In this document: in pieces, positions 39,420-53,320 of the stretch | How the letters are laid out: each line of letters opens with the position of its first letter | Numbering within the stretch: position 1 is the first letter of the stretch | Assembly: GCA_030141605.1 (NCBI GenBank) | Contig: JAQGDQ010000012.1 | Coordinates: forward strand, 1-64,000 | DNA: 64,000 bases | From: Tubiluchus corallicola | Taxonomy: Eukaryota; Animalia; Priapulida | Direction of reading: 5' to 3' | Notes under the pieces: generated by a model | Seen by the model: only the letters and a program-made list of their open reading frames with translations | What the model was told of the DNA's origin: nothing | Database searches by the model: none | Made by a program: the position numbers and the translations under genes

Positions 39420-41100
39420 TCATGAATTATATCATGATGTACAGTATCAAAGGCCTTCGATAAATGTAAAAATATGGCACCGGTGTACTTATTATGATCC
39501 ATATTTAGTAACAGATTGTTTATAAGTTCAGCAATAGCTAAGGCTGTGCAGTATCTTTTGCGAAACCCAAACTGAAATCTAGAGAGAATTTTTTTGTCGT
39601 TTATAAATTTTATTAGTCTGTCATGAAGCAATTTTTAAATATTTTGGAGATAGGTGAAAGTAGTTATTGGGATTATTGGGGGAGTCGCCTTTATAAATAG
39701 GAATAATTTTAGCTATCTTTAAACAGTTAGGGAATGTACCTTCAGCAATAGCCTTGTTAAACAATTTAGTTAGAACAGGGGAAATAACGAGACCAGTTGA
39801 TTTGTAAAATGATATAGGAATATTTTCATGACCAGAGGCTTTGTTCTGATTTAAATTATTTATTAACTTCAGCTGCTATAACAAGCAGGGTGTTAACAAG
39901 AACGAATTTGGCAAAGGACATCCTAAAAAAAGACTGAAATGACAGTTGTGTGGGCTGTATTTTAGATGCCATACCAGGACCAATGGCAGCAAAAAAAGTG
40001 TTCATGACTTGACAGATATCAGTTATATCACTTGAGAGAATGCAATCTTTGTATACCTTTTTTGGTGTTACACATTGATGCAATTTAGCATTAATTAAAC
40101 TATTTATGGTCGACCAAAGTTTCTTTGTGTTATTTTTACTATTTTGCAAGATTTCTTGATAGTAGCTTTTTTGCAAAGTATTTTATATGGTTGAGTTTGT
40201 TTGAATAAACTTTGTATTTATGTTTATTATAAACATTGTTTGAGTTTTTAAATATATTAAACAGTTGGCTTCTAGTTTTAATAAATTTGAGTATGCCTGG
40301 TGTTATCCATGGCTTGTGAAAAGTTACCACTTCGCATCTTGATAAAGTTTTTAGAGGCACATGAGTATCGGGGAACTAAATTGAATGTTTGAAAAAACTG
40401 ATCAAAAGCCTCATTAGTAGATAAGTAAGAATAATCAATAGTATTGCTAGTGTGTGCAATTCATTTTAAAAGGCAGAGGAATTAAAGTTAGTTTTATCTC
40501 TAATTGTAATTTTAGTTTTCTGTTTAGTCAGATTAGTATTTTTGACAATTGCGAAAATAGGCAAGTGATCAGTCAGCCACTTTGTAAGTTATTATACCAT
40601 ATACAATAGGATTAATCAGATCATTATTATAGATATGGTCGATTAAGGTACCAGACTTTTTTGATATTCTTGTTGGTCTTGTAATTAGAGGAACAAATTG
40701 AGTAGAAAATACTACATTTAAGAAATTAGAAACATATGGTACGCTCTCAAACTGTAATAAATTTAAATTAATGTCACCACATATGTAAGCTATAGTCCCA
40801 CATTGTTGAATAGCAGTTAATACACAGTCCATTTCCTCTATAAAATGCGTAATAGGTGTACTTGGATGTCTATATATAAGGCCAAATAATATACTTTTTG
40901 AATTATTTAATGTTGATATGCAGATCCAGAGATCTTCTAAATTAATTTTTGAGATTTCTTTTAATACTTCGCCCTGCCTGTTTACTCTGGTTATTTCTTT
41001 TTCTGTCACTATTTTATATGAATTATTTATAGAGTAGTTTAAACAGAACACAACAGTCAGTCAAATGGGGTAATATTAGACAGTTATATAGAGTGTTATT
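39420..41100 (-). mobile_element. Disrupted CR1/L2-group LINE (AP endonuclease + RT N-terminal half)
   Basis: IYRHPS, ICGDINLNLL, TRPTRI..SGTLIDHIY, ADHLP, KPWITPGI, QFGFRK, GAIFLHLSKAFDTVHH. Several frameshifts. Confidence 0.9.
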
Positions 41101-43509
41101 AAGTGAAATGTGTGTAATTTATTTTTAATAATTGAGATGATGCCAATAATTTTGGCAATTTTTGAACTTATATAATTAATATGGGGAATCTAATCGAGAT
41201 TGTCATGACATCTGACGCCCAAAAATTTTATAGTTTTAAATTAAATTTAACAATGTCACAGCCAATATCTATTCTTGAAGAGTTTACCTAGGGTCAGGTG
41301 AATAACCTGTACTGATCGGCTGACTGCTAGTGCTAGAGCTACACCCGTATTGTAAACAATTTAATGTAGTATGACAAACAAAGACGTGACGTAAAATTAC
41401 CGAGGCCGGCATTGAACAATTGCAAGACTAATGGCATGAAATAAGCTTTCGCGCCAACATGTAACAAAACGCAGCAGTAATCTGAAATTTTGAATTACCG
41501 AGGGTACCTGGCTGTGCCAAATGTTAACAAGCCTGCCTGAAAGAAATCGTTAATCTGTGTATATTAACATTGCTAACTCGAAAACTCGAGTGATTTGTTT
41601 TAAGATTATTCGATTTTCACAGTAACAAGATAATATAAAGATGCGCCTATTTCTTAAGCTCATTTAAATTTCAAGTTTAATAAATCCACCTTTAACAAGA
41701 ACAGAAACCTTAGGAATATGAACCAACGGATGGTCATAATATACAGTTCCTTCTTTACGACTCGGTAAAGATCTTTTGAAATATTGCTTGCTAAGCTGAA
41801 CTAGGTCTGTATCCACTCCTTCCAAAGGCTGCAAAAATGACTTTCAAGTATGGTATAACAATCGCCTTGAAACTAAGAAACGCAATATTTAAGTACCTAC
41901 AAAGTTACTTTTAGTCGACGCACAACTTTTGTTACAGATGGGATAACTTTGAAGACACCAATAATCTCAAAATCTTTTATACAAAATGACAATTTATCTT
42001 TAAACAGAAAAGCTAATAAATTCCTCAAAAGTTCTAGAAGGTTCTTGAAACGTTTGAAGAAGTATTATACAAAGAAATATACAATGAGGACAATTAAGAA
42101 AGGGGTTGGGAAGAATACAGTTATCTGGCTTTATCTGGTTCAACATAAGTCATATAAATGTAAAAAAATCTTTAATGCGTGACGCATACATGTGCCATAC
42201 AGTAGTTTTTGAGCATGTAGGCTGATATGCCTCTGCTATATCATCATCACACGTAAAATTTTTATTTTCTTGTAAAAGCGTTGACAGTGGGCAGCCAAAT
42301 GTCTTTCATTCTGAAAACTTCACTCATTTCGAGTATAAGTGTTAGTATGCAATGGTGACCAGCTGTGTCACGTGGGTTTTCTTTATACATTAGGCTTAGT
42401 CGCTGCATGACAAGAAGTACATCTTACCAATCTGGTAACAATTGTGAAATGAATATGGTATATATATAGGCTTGTACGTGCCCAGGTGGCTGTCAAAAAG
42501 TTTACACGTTTATAGCACTTCAGAATTACAAAAACGTAGACCTATATTATTATAGAGATCATCAACGTCTCTTACAGATGAAAGCAATCTGGCGTAAATG
42601 AAACAGTAAAAAAATTATTTGTCACCCTAAAGAGCATTATTTCCCATCGTTTATAGAAGCAAGAAAGGAGTAGTTTTCATAAGTCCATTATTAGTTTGGC
42701 AGGAGTTAGCATACAAAAAAACGTTTACCCAATGTTCTAACAATTTGTGCCTTCTCATCTGTCACAGCAATGCATATATTGGCTTTGTCATACTAGAGTG
42801 CAGCAAAACATTTAAGCACTAACATGAGGTAAGTCAGTTGCTTAGCTCTAGGACAATGCTTAGGGATAGCAAATTATTTTGTTGCCTCTTCAACACTAAG
42901 TCTTACCATGGCTAGCTTTTTCCTCTTCTGGCAAAATCTGAAATCTGGTCACCACTGACTGAACTGACAATCTGGTCACAGCAAAAACCTGACAGCGGGA
43001 CTGATTCCTTTCAGGGCCTACTGCATTTCACAATTTCATGAAAAGCTACACGAATGTTATTTCGAGGAAACATACCACCACCCAGCTGTCAAACATAACC
43101 TAGCCGTGTTGTGGCAGTATGTGCAGACAATGTTAGTTAACGAATAAGGTAGACCTTGTTCAAAAATCTACGGGATATGGCCTTTATGAGCTGGCAACAG
43201 CCATTAGTCATCTTGTTGACCATCTTGAATGCTGTGGGCATTCTGGACAATTTTCGATTGACTACATATCCAAATATTCAAAATTAATCAGTCGGATGGG
43301 TTTTAGCATTGTGCAGAATTTAACGCTTTTTAAGGCATAAAGGAGCAATTCTGTCATGTTGTACAACATTTGCAGCCATCTTGAAATGGGGTGATATTAC
43401 AGAGGCATTTAAGCATCAGATATGGATTCCTTGACCTTGTGACCTTGCACACCTGTATTTATATAACTCATAATTTATTGGGTAAAAGTACATTAACAAA
43501 AATATATGA

Positions 43510-44330
43510 TTATTAATTACAAAGCATCAGATGAAACAAATATACAAAACAAAAACACATCAACAACAAAACAACATCAAATACTGATGTATGTCATAAA
43601 CGCAACTGCTCGTACACTTTCAACACACTAAAATTGATAACAAAGTTAACAATCCAATTTTATAAATGCAAAATTCTTTAGCTTCCTTCTATATTTACAA
43701 AAGATTTATTTATTAGGTTACAAACAATTGTTAGCATTTCTAGATCTTTGCGCCCTACCAAAAACAAATATTTGTCAGCATTATTCACATTAGTAAAATC
43801 GGGATATATGCTAGAGATTTTAGTAGAGCTATCTTTCTGTCAATTTTATATCTATCGCAGTTCATTAAGAAACGTTGCTCATCTTCAATACCTGATTATT
43901 TTCAATTAACAGGAAGCCTTTTTGGTTTATGATACCTTCCTGTTTCAATAGCTAAGATGTGTGAATTAATCCGGAAGTTTGCAAAACCTATTTTAGGCTT
44001 TCTTGGGATTTTCGGCCCCACCAAGTAATATTCAAGTTCAAACGGAAGTTTAAATTTGCAATAGTCCCCCAGTTTATTTCCTTCATTATTTTTTATGAAA
44101 CGCCTGTTAATTTCGAGTTTACAATTTGCTACATATACTATTTCAAATTTTTCTTAATTGCCCAAATAAGACGCATTTTATTGATGGTTGCTTGATTTTC
44201 TCAAACATGATTGTGTAAACCCAAGATGTACTAAAATATCTTTTACAAAATCTGGCCAGCTATTGATTCCATTGTGACATTGATTAAGAAGCGACTCATT
44301 GTACAAAAGACATGCAAATGAAGATGATGG
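43510..44330 (-). mobile_element. LINE 3' fragment (L2/Crack-like)
   Basis: Minus-strand FRINSHILAIETGRY...IEDEQRFLMNC resembles the C-terminal Cys/His motif. GT-rich 3' tail follows. Confidence 0.6.
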
Positions 44331-45448
44331 CAGGTTGACTACATGTATCCAGCATTCGACAGATTATATTTATACAAATGGTGTATTTACCAAATTCACC
44401 CAGTACAGTGTTTTTGCTAGATTTATTATTAACTCAGAGGATATATATACAAAGCTTCTTATTTAAACTTTCCGCTTCTATATTGTTATAAGCAGCAGAT
44501 ACATTGTTATTAGAAATTTTCGTCTGAAATTGGTGCAAATGCTTTTGAACCAAAATCATTATCCTGTCTGCTCTGATAGGTATAGGATATAGCCCAAGCT
44601 TGTGAGCTAGCAACAGCCATATTGTCTGCAATTTTATAAATCGCGACCATATTGGACAAATTTCCATTGACTCGATATGCAAAATTGATCATCTTAGGTT
44701 GGAAAATACTAGTTTGTTGTGTGCTTCCGTTTATGGTGCGTGATGTCGGATGTATAGGGAATACAATATCGCTATATTCCAAATGACTGGAGTACTTACA
44801 TAGAGAAAGTTTATAGAAGAAGAAGACGATACATACAATCACATGAAGACATACATCTCATGACTAAGATTGCCTACTTCTAATCATTAAGCATTACATC
44901 TTAGTGTTCTAACATCATGATCTCAGCTTAGATTACTGCGTACAAGAATGGCATATGCGATAATATGTTTCAGCTTGATTTGCTATTAGTTATTAAGGGA
45001 TTAGTGTCTAAACAGCACGGACACTCTGTTTACAGCTCATACTGCTTAACTGAAATCAGAAGTTTTATGCATGCATAAGTACTCTATTAAATCTAGGCTC
45101 ATGCCTTAACAACTCAATGCAACTCCATAGCTCTGTGTCTAGCTAATAACTCTCTTTCATATCTTAACAGCTCAATACCCAGAATGCAATTCTCCACGTG
45201 GAAGCTCTGGAATTAGACTACATCTTCTAAAGAATGGCTTATTCAATGACCTGACTTCTACTTCACCTTCTACTCTAACTGCCGTATATATTTGCTATAA
45301 TCTCAAGTAATAAACTTTGCATTTCCACTGAATGTTATACAATAATTTCTTGACAGTATTTCTACTCTTAATGTGCTCTTGCACACGGCAAAGTTCATGG
45401 TTTTGAATCAAAATAAGTATTTTCCCATCATTCTGGTAGGCTAAATAC

Positions 45449-46931
45449 TGTTGTGGAGATCCACTAGAGAATATTCTGTAGTATAGCAGACAATCTTCCT
45501 ACCTTGTGGAAGATTTGAGAACTTTCTATACACGATGCACGTAGTAGTTTCTAGATTGTTCTCATTGGCATTGATATATAAGGCGGAGATGGCCGCTCAA
45601 GATTATTCTTGTATTCTCAGATTAATTTCAGATTCTCGCTTTCTTGCTTTCACATTTCCAGATTATACTTGACTGTATATATTTTGCATTCCTTCATACT
45701 TTTGTGTTGTAGAATTCTTGCATAATAAACTAGTTTAATTTGACGACGTGATTTCTGGTTTTCTCTACGAGCTGTCCGAGAGAAACAAAACACAACAAAT
45801 TTCGTCACAGTTGACAGGATCCTTGGTGACTCAGTGGACAGTTGTTTATCCTAGCAATGATGGCAGAGCAGATGGGCAAACTTATCAAGCTCCTCCGCAA
45901 ACAGATGGATCAGCAAGCACAGCAGATTCATAACCAGAGGGAACAGATGGATCGGCAGGCACAGCAGATTCATATGCAGAGGGAACAGATGGATCGGCAG
46001 GTGCAGCAACACAAAGAAGATACAGACACTATAAGGACGCTGCTTCAGGCTCGAACTCCTGAAGATGATGCCAGTTCAAGCACCAGTCTTCCACCTGCAT
46101 CGGCACTTACAGCTGCTATTCCACCTTTTGCTGCTTTTGATCCAACTTCTGAACAGTGGCCTCACTACTGGTCAAGATTTGTACCTTCGTGGATGCCAAT
46201 GCAGTGCCTGACCAATGCAAGGCTCAAGTTTTTCTGACAAATCAGACTGCTGCCATCTACAAACAACTGGCAAATCTGGTGATGCAACAGTCTCCATCCA
46301 AGGATACCAATGAACTGACTATAGACGAGATTGTCGACTTTATGAAGGAACAGTTTGACCCAAAACTTTTGATTGTGCGAGAACGTTTCAAGTTCTGGAG
46401 TGAGATGCAATGGAAGCCAGGCGAAACTCTCCAGCATACGCCAAGCTGCTGCTACTTGTGACTTTTCTTCAATGATGAAACTCTGAGGCAGAGATTCATA
46501 TGCTCTGTCAACAACGAAGCTGTCTCGAAGGCTGTTTTCAAGATCAAGGACGAAGAGGTACTTCAACGTTAAGACCCTTCCTCATGGTGCAGTATGGAGA
46601 CGACACTGGGAACAGCTACGTCCGTGCTATGCTTCTGCGGAGGACTATGAACCTGGTGATGAGACGGACTTTACTTCTGAGCTTCCACCTGATCATCCAA
46701 TGGAGATCCTGGAAGAACTGCCAGAAACTCTGAAGCAGACCAGAGCACCTCGGCCCATGTCCAAGACCAAGCTGCCTGTGCCAGAGTATGGACTGGACAA
46801 TCTCAGACGCTCCAAGAGAACACCTAAGCCGAGAGAGAGACTTTGTTGCTGATGCTTTGGAGGTAGCATCAGTTTTGGTGGGGAGGTGTTGTGGAGATCC
46901 ACTAGAATATTAAACACAACAAAACACAACA
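45449..46931 (+). mobile_element. Internally deleted Ty3/gypsy-type LTR retrotransposon
   Basis: 5' LTR 45449-45797 (TGTTGTG...CACAACA). Degenerate tRNA-Ser-like PBS CAGTTGACAGGAT. Frameshifted gag from 45857 (IVRERFKF..PGET, LRQRFIC). Integrase tail WRRHWEQLR..LRRSKR. PPT GGTGGGGAGG. 3' LTR 46887-46931. Perfect 5-bp TSD AATAC. Confidence 0.9.
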
Positions 46932-47439
46932 AATACCCATTCATTTCAGTCAAATGGTTGCCACGTTTTTGACGTCATAATTATATATACACCCTTTCTG
47001 GTGCTCAAATTTCGGACTATTTTGGATACTTGTTTGCGACATGTTATTCTCTAGGCCAAGTAGAACAAGAAAACACTAAAAAACATTTCTTGTGATTTTC
47101 TTGGTTAGGGCCATTTATCCAGCATAATATTAACCCTACAACACGGTACACGCGCGGCATTCCGGTGGTTTAGTTTGTAAACAAAGTTCATCGAAATAAC
47201 TCATGACAGTCAACATGCATTATTTCAGCGGCGTTAATTTGAAGAAAAGATCAACACGTGCGTCACAATAATTAACGTCAGAAAAGAAACGTTCGAAAGC
47301 AATGAGCTGTATTTCTGTTATAAATGAAGTAATTAATATTGCATATAAACGAAAACACCAAAATTGACCGGTCAGAACTACTTAGGGTACTGCAGTTGCG
47401 TGAAAAGAGTTATATAAGTTCAAGACTTTTTACGTAAAA

Positions 47440-50043
47440 ATGAGTAATATGCACGGTGTAGAAAATATGCCAAGTAAAAGTGCTTTTCGATCATTTTGCC
47501 CTAGCAACAGAGGCGGAAAACTGCTGGTAAGATTTCGTATTGTATTCAGATCAAGTATGTTCGACTACCAGACAAATTTTCACCTCTATAAATAGTGCAG
47601 AAAGAGAATGTTGTCAAGAACAAGTGGCAAGTTGCTCTACATTTCCAATACAAGTGACGGCGGTACAAGTCCATAAAACTTGAAGTCTCTCACGAAAATT
47701 TCAGCACATGCGCACTTACAAAATATAGTTTATGCAGTTGCTGTTAGTTAATAACTCGTTGTTTTAATGATAGGACTTTTGATATAAATGGGCGTTTCTA
47801 GCTGAGTTACCAGCATGCATTATTATCGGTTGTTCATCCAAAAAATGACGACTGACACTGACAAATGAAGACCAGTTTGATATCATCAAAACTGAATGAC
47901 ATTTAAATTTGACTATCATTCTCAGCATCTACACTATCCCTTAAAACCAGCTGACAAACTTGAGAATGACAGTATTTTGAATATCGGCCTGTATCGTTTT
48001 TTTTGTGAACATTGTAATAAGCCTAACTTCACAGTCCTGAGCACTTTCCTTTTGAGGAATGCTGCATGGGGATAAGTTAAAAAATAATTATAAGAAAGTC
48101 TGTATTTTATGTAAAAGCATTAAGTTTAGATACAAGTTGTCTAAAGCAAAAATTTTGGTTGTTTTGTGCAATTTGACACAGAGCAAGTGAGAAATCAGTG
48201 ATAGTTGGGATGGTTGGGGGAGGGGGACCAAAATCAGCTTATTATTAAAGATTTTTTTCAGATGAGACGTGTTCTATAGAGGTGTTGGCAGTGGAGGCAT
48301 AAAAAATTTTCAGACTTTCTAATTTCGTATTGTTTTCCTGTGTTTATTGGATAAACCAGAAGCATTTTGGTGAATGAAATGGCACTAGGCCTTCCCAAAT
48401 TGAACAGGTCTGTAGAACCTTTACCATCCATCCTGTGACCAACATCAGTAATGTTTAATGTTTGTCGCTTGGCACACATCGTGAGTCTGTGTCTACTTGA
48501 TTGTTCCCTTACTAACAAAGAGCTTGCAAAAAATGTTTTCTAACTCAGTCCATGATTCACATACAGTAGGCGTCGCTTATTAGATGCACGGGTAATACAC
48601 TCAATCGCTTAATTGCCTCAAAAACGTCTGGAATGGGCCACTTCTATTCAAATATACATAAAAACTATCGGTAATTGACTCAAATAACTCCGTATAATTG
48701 ACTCAATGTTTTTCCTTCACCTACTTAAAATAAGATATTTGCCAAAGAACCTTTCTTACTTTTATGTCATCATTACTTCCCTTTTGTGCACTATAATGTA
48801 TGCAGAAACAATCATGTTAAGTACCATTTTGTTTATAAGCAGGTACGTTTATCATGCACTAATACGCTAGCGTGGCAGTTTTCTTTGAATGTGTTACCCG
48901 CTCACCCACTGTTGCCCAAAGAATTTCTGAAAGCTAAAGATTTAATCACTTGCCAAGTGGTTTTCTTTTGATGCTCTTGTTGTGAATCACACTTTCAGGC
49001 TTAATCAGTTAACAGTCAAAGATGCAGGTACAGTAATCAGCTGGTATTCCTTGTGACTTACAAAACTAAACATCGTACAGCAAGTAAGAGCAATATTAGT
49101 GAGCAGACGATTCAGAACTGTTTTAGTCACACACAACTACAGATTTTCAACGTTTTTATAATTACGAGAACTTTGTGGGCCAACTTCTTCGCGAGAAAAT
49201 GAAGCAGCCAACTTTGAAGGAATTTTTGTAATTTTTCCAAATAAACAGACTTAGAAAAGTCTGTGATTTAGGAAAGTATACTTCTTAATTTATTGCTAAT
49301 TCACTTATATAAATTTAATATTTTTAAATATTTTTTCTAATTTTCAACTGCACAAAGAAATTTAGGGATTAGTTCGTTTCTAAAATTCATTAAAAACCTT
49401 TCGAGTGCATAGTAAGCTGATGACTCATATTTCTATAGTGGTAATACTGCACCCATCGGCTAATAGGTTCAGTCGGTTAATTTTGTCAAAACACATCAGT
49501 CCCAAAGTGAGTCTATTAAGCGGTGCCTACTGTAGTTAGATGTGTACACTGTTGTGTTTTCTCCAAGGCAATTTATCTTGAAATTGGCGAAGTGTGATGC
49601 ACTGTAATAGTGTGCTTTACTTAAATATCTGCGGAGTATAGATCTAAGTACTCCGTGTGCTGCTTTACCCATTTTTGACTGTCACATACATATGTAAGTC
49701 CACAATTATCTTTAAGTTTACAGTAAACAGTATAATTACTGGCTGCAACGTCACTACAAAATATGTTTTTGCTTCAGTTTACATTTATTGTTCGTTGCAG
49801 GAGAGATGTATTTGCAACAGAGAAAAAGGAAACATTGTGTGTGTCTCATGTGGACACATTATGCATGGACGAGCTAGAATAACATGTCCAATCCATCCAA
49901 ATGTCATGCATCTCATGGACTTTTCTGTATGTCCCAAATGTCATGACAGTCACTTAAGAGAATATACCAACTTTTCACCATTTGTAGACAGCATTGCGGT
50001 AACTGGACTAATGGGTGACACATCTGCAACAAGAGAAGGTTAG
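47440..50043 (+). CDS. Small Cys/His-rich protein (~109 aa), resembles uncharacterised Drosophila CG13380-like family
   Basis: Exon 1 47440-47526 (MSNMHGVE...GGKLL|GTAAGA) and exon 2 49801-50043 (TTGCAG|ERCICNRE...CVSCG...GR...CPIHP...LMD...CPKC), both phase 0. Exon 2 is well supported; exon 1 is tentative. Confidence 0.7.
48564..49532. mobile_element. Tigger/pogo-type non-autonomous DNA transposon (intronic)
   Basis: TA flanks. TIRs CAGTAGGCGTCGCTTATTAGA / TCTATTAAGCGGTGCCTACTG. Confidence 0.8.
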
Positions 50044-53000
50044 CTTTTTGCCAGAAAGCTCAATGTGGTTTTACATTAGAATCAACCAAAGATAAATATG
50101 ATAATAGTTAATTATGACTCCAAATTTAGTTATATTTTTAATAAATGTAGGTTTATATTTTTGCTCTGCAGCTTATATTTACTTTTGTATCTGATCTGTA
50201 TAACTGGTGTATACACTGCCAACTAATGGCAAAAGTTGCTTCTAAATCTCCTGGTCAAAAACAAATGTACACTGTAATCTATGCTAATTAATGAAGTTTG
50301 CAGTTCAAAGCCAAAGCATCAGTTAAATACCTAAGTGCAACTATAAGCTGTTTAGACTATAAAGATGTATGTGCACTCAATGCTCATCTATTTGTACTGA
50401 ATATCTATGAATCTAGTCTGAATTTAAATAGCCAGTAAACAAAATCTATACATCACCACCGTGTATGTAGCACTGTACACTGTACAGTTTGGTTCACATC
50501 TCAGATGAAATAAAACACGCCTCATTATGCCAAAAAATGTTTATTAAATTTGTGTTGCAGGAATTAATAATTTTGGTTATATGCCAAACTAGCTCAATCC
50601 TTTGCAAAATAACATACAAGACTTTTTCAGTTCTGAGTTACCTTACTTTTGCAAAATGTATGTATTGTGCGATATTTTTTGTTGTGGCTTATTTGTCTTG
50701 TCACGTGTGGTGGTAAGAATTTGATTTAAAATGTCATTCTACTTTTTATATTAAGGTCTTTTGCTTGTTGGCTTAAACTTGCTTACTTGGCTTTAATATT
50801 TTGCTAAGATTCAGGTGTTACAGGTGCCTCAAGTTTGTCTTTTAAGTTGTCAGAAAGGCTGATATCTAGTGCCCACCATCCATTTCATTGACAAATTCCT
50901 ATTCTTTTCTGCTTGTGTTGAAGCTGCGAATTTATAAAAGATGCTACAAGTTAATTTACACATAAGTAGCTGCTCAATTTGCTTTTGTTAATGCTCAGTT
51001 GTAGGTTTTCAGCTTTCTATTTACATTCGTGAGCAAAGAGTCAAACAAGAATAAAACTGTTGTTAGGTTTTTGCTTTATGTCTTGTGTGCTCACCTGTAA
51101 GCTCAACTGTGTGCAACACAAGGCTAGCAGCCAAACAATTAAACATTCTGAAAAGTAACTATATTACTGGTCTTCCGAGAATTAGTTCCATCACCTGTTT
51201 ATGATTTTCAAAATTTGCTATTTTATTTATGAAAATAATTGAACTGCCTTATCCTTCAACAAATTATGAATGCCATGAGGTTTGCATGAGTTTGTATGAG
51301 TTTCTACGAAAACTTAATGTGAAAACTAAGTATTGTATATTGGTAGTGATTATGTTTTCTATTTTTTTTAAAAAAAGCCATTACTAGAATATACATGGGA
51401 ATTCCAACAATTTGCCTTGCTGCGTGAAACCAGGGGCGAGGTGTTTGATTGTTTTGGATTCTTTGGGCATTTTGCATTTGAGAGCCATTTTCAATGACTG
51501 TGCAATGTTATTTACTTTGCTTTGGTTTGTTTTGTTGTGCAATGATATTAATGTATGTATTTGCTAAAAAAGTAAAATGCTACACATTGTGTACATATCA
51601 TCTAGCAATTTTACTTTTGATGTTTTCCTTGTGTATGATCTGTTGGTGTGTCCCCAAGAAACTCCTTTGTTTCACTGTCTGTTATAGCCTGCATTCCTTT
51701 GTTGCAACTTTGTTTGTTCTTACAATGCTGCTTTGGACCTTTAACAAAATTTTCTGTAGTTTTTTTTCTTTGACTTTTTATGAATGTTGTATTTATTTGT
51801 CTGACTTTCGTTTCTACACTACGTCTATAACATATTTTTTGTTAAACTTATTTATCTGTTTATGTTTCTATGTGCTGTTTCTATTTGTTGCTTATGTTTG
51901 GCTGTACTTACTATACTTTATTCATTGTCATAATTGTGTACTTTTCGTTTCTTCATCAGCTCGTGAGGTATGTTAATGATGTATCAAGTTTTTGTGTTGA
52001 AGTTGCTTTCTTACTCAGCTTCCTTAGTTGTTCTATTTATGTGTTCTTTCATTTCAACTCTGCTTTTATTCCTTGTGACTTGCATTTTTACTGCTCCCAC
52101 TTAATGACACATTTTCTTTACTGCAGTGTTACTTTTAATTTCTTCTTCACCAACTTGTAAGGTAAGTTAATGATTCATTCGAGTTTCCTGTAGAGCTTTC
52201 TTTTTTGTTGACCTTTTGCAGTTGTTCAATTATTTGACTGTTTTACTTCTACACTGCTTCTATTCCTTGGGCTTTTATTGTATGTACTATACTCTTTGCT
52301 TGTATTGCTACTTTTCGCTTCAGCCGCTTTGGAACAAAGTTAATGAATCATTGGAGCTTTCTCTCCATTTGACCAGTTTTGTGTGATTTGTCAGCATTGG
52401 ATTGTACTGTGCTCTGTTCTATTTAATTATTTCAAGGTACCCAGTAATCTCTAGCAAGTTATTGTGCTAGTCATCACTATTCGTATTCTGCTCTCATTTT
52501 CAATTTCAAGGCTTACTTCATTGGAACATGAAACGGACACAAAAAGTGCCACAGACACAAACTAAGAATACTACTATTGGTATATGTTTGTTACTGTTAG
52601 TCTTGCTACTAATTAAAATTAGGAAAGAAAAATCAATGATGATATTTCTTAATTTTAACTTAAGTATTATTGTCTAGTTTCCTTTGGGACTTTTTATGTC
52701 TAGGCTATCTGCACATGTCTTTTCTTTTAAAATGAGAGCTGAATCAGCTGATCTCACATTTGCTCACAGATGAATAAAAAACTCTTTCTTATACTTTAGC
52801 AAGAGTTTGGAGTTTCCCAATATTTATACTCTTCATGTAATATGTCTTCATGTGTGTTACAGTGTTTTTGTCACAGCATTGTGTGCTTTTTTCTGTGCTT
52901 TATGTTCTGTTAAATAGCACAAAAACATCTTATTGCCAAGTAAGTGTATTAACTCTTACAAATTATTACTAGCATCATAAATATATGATTTAAATTAACA

Positions 53001-53320
53001 TTACATTTTGTTAAAGTATAAGTTTATATAATAAAAAAGTGTACCATTACATATCATTTGAGTTAGTTGTGAAATAGTGTCACTTAGTTAGTAATTACTT
53101 TAATTTAGCGCACATCATTTGAATTAGCACTTAGAATGTGTCACTTAATTTCTAAGCAGTATTACAAAATAACTATTTTTGTTAAATTATTTTTTGTTAA
53201 TGCCAAAGAACCTGCTGGTATCCTGTGATGAAACATTTGTACAAAGAACAGTTTAGCATAATAAAATTGGTTTTGGTTAAAAAGCTTGCAGTTTTGTTTT
53301 CTCATTTTTCTTTTATGATT

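Noticed and set aside
46165-46566. 133-aa minus-strand ORF
   Set aside because: Antisense shadow of the gypsy gag region.
48207-48227. G-rich run as a possible G-quadruplex
   Set aside because: Only three runs of three or more G. Not distinguishable from a repeat remnant.
51494-52160. Very hydrophobic 160-aa and 96-aa ORFs resembling membrane proteins
   Set aside because: Explained by the T-rich low-complexity strand (F/L/C/V/Y codons, few stops). No recognisable motif.
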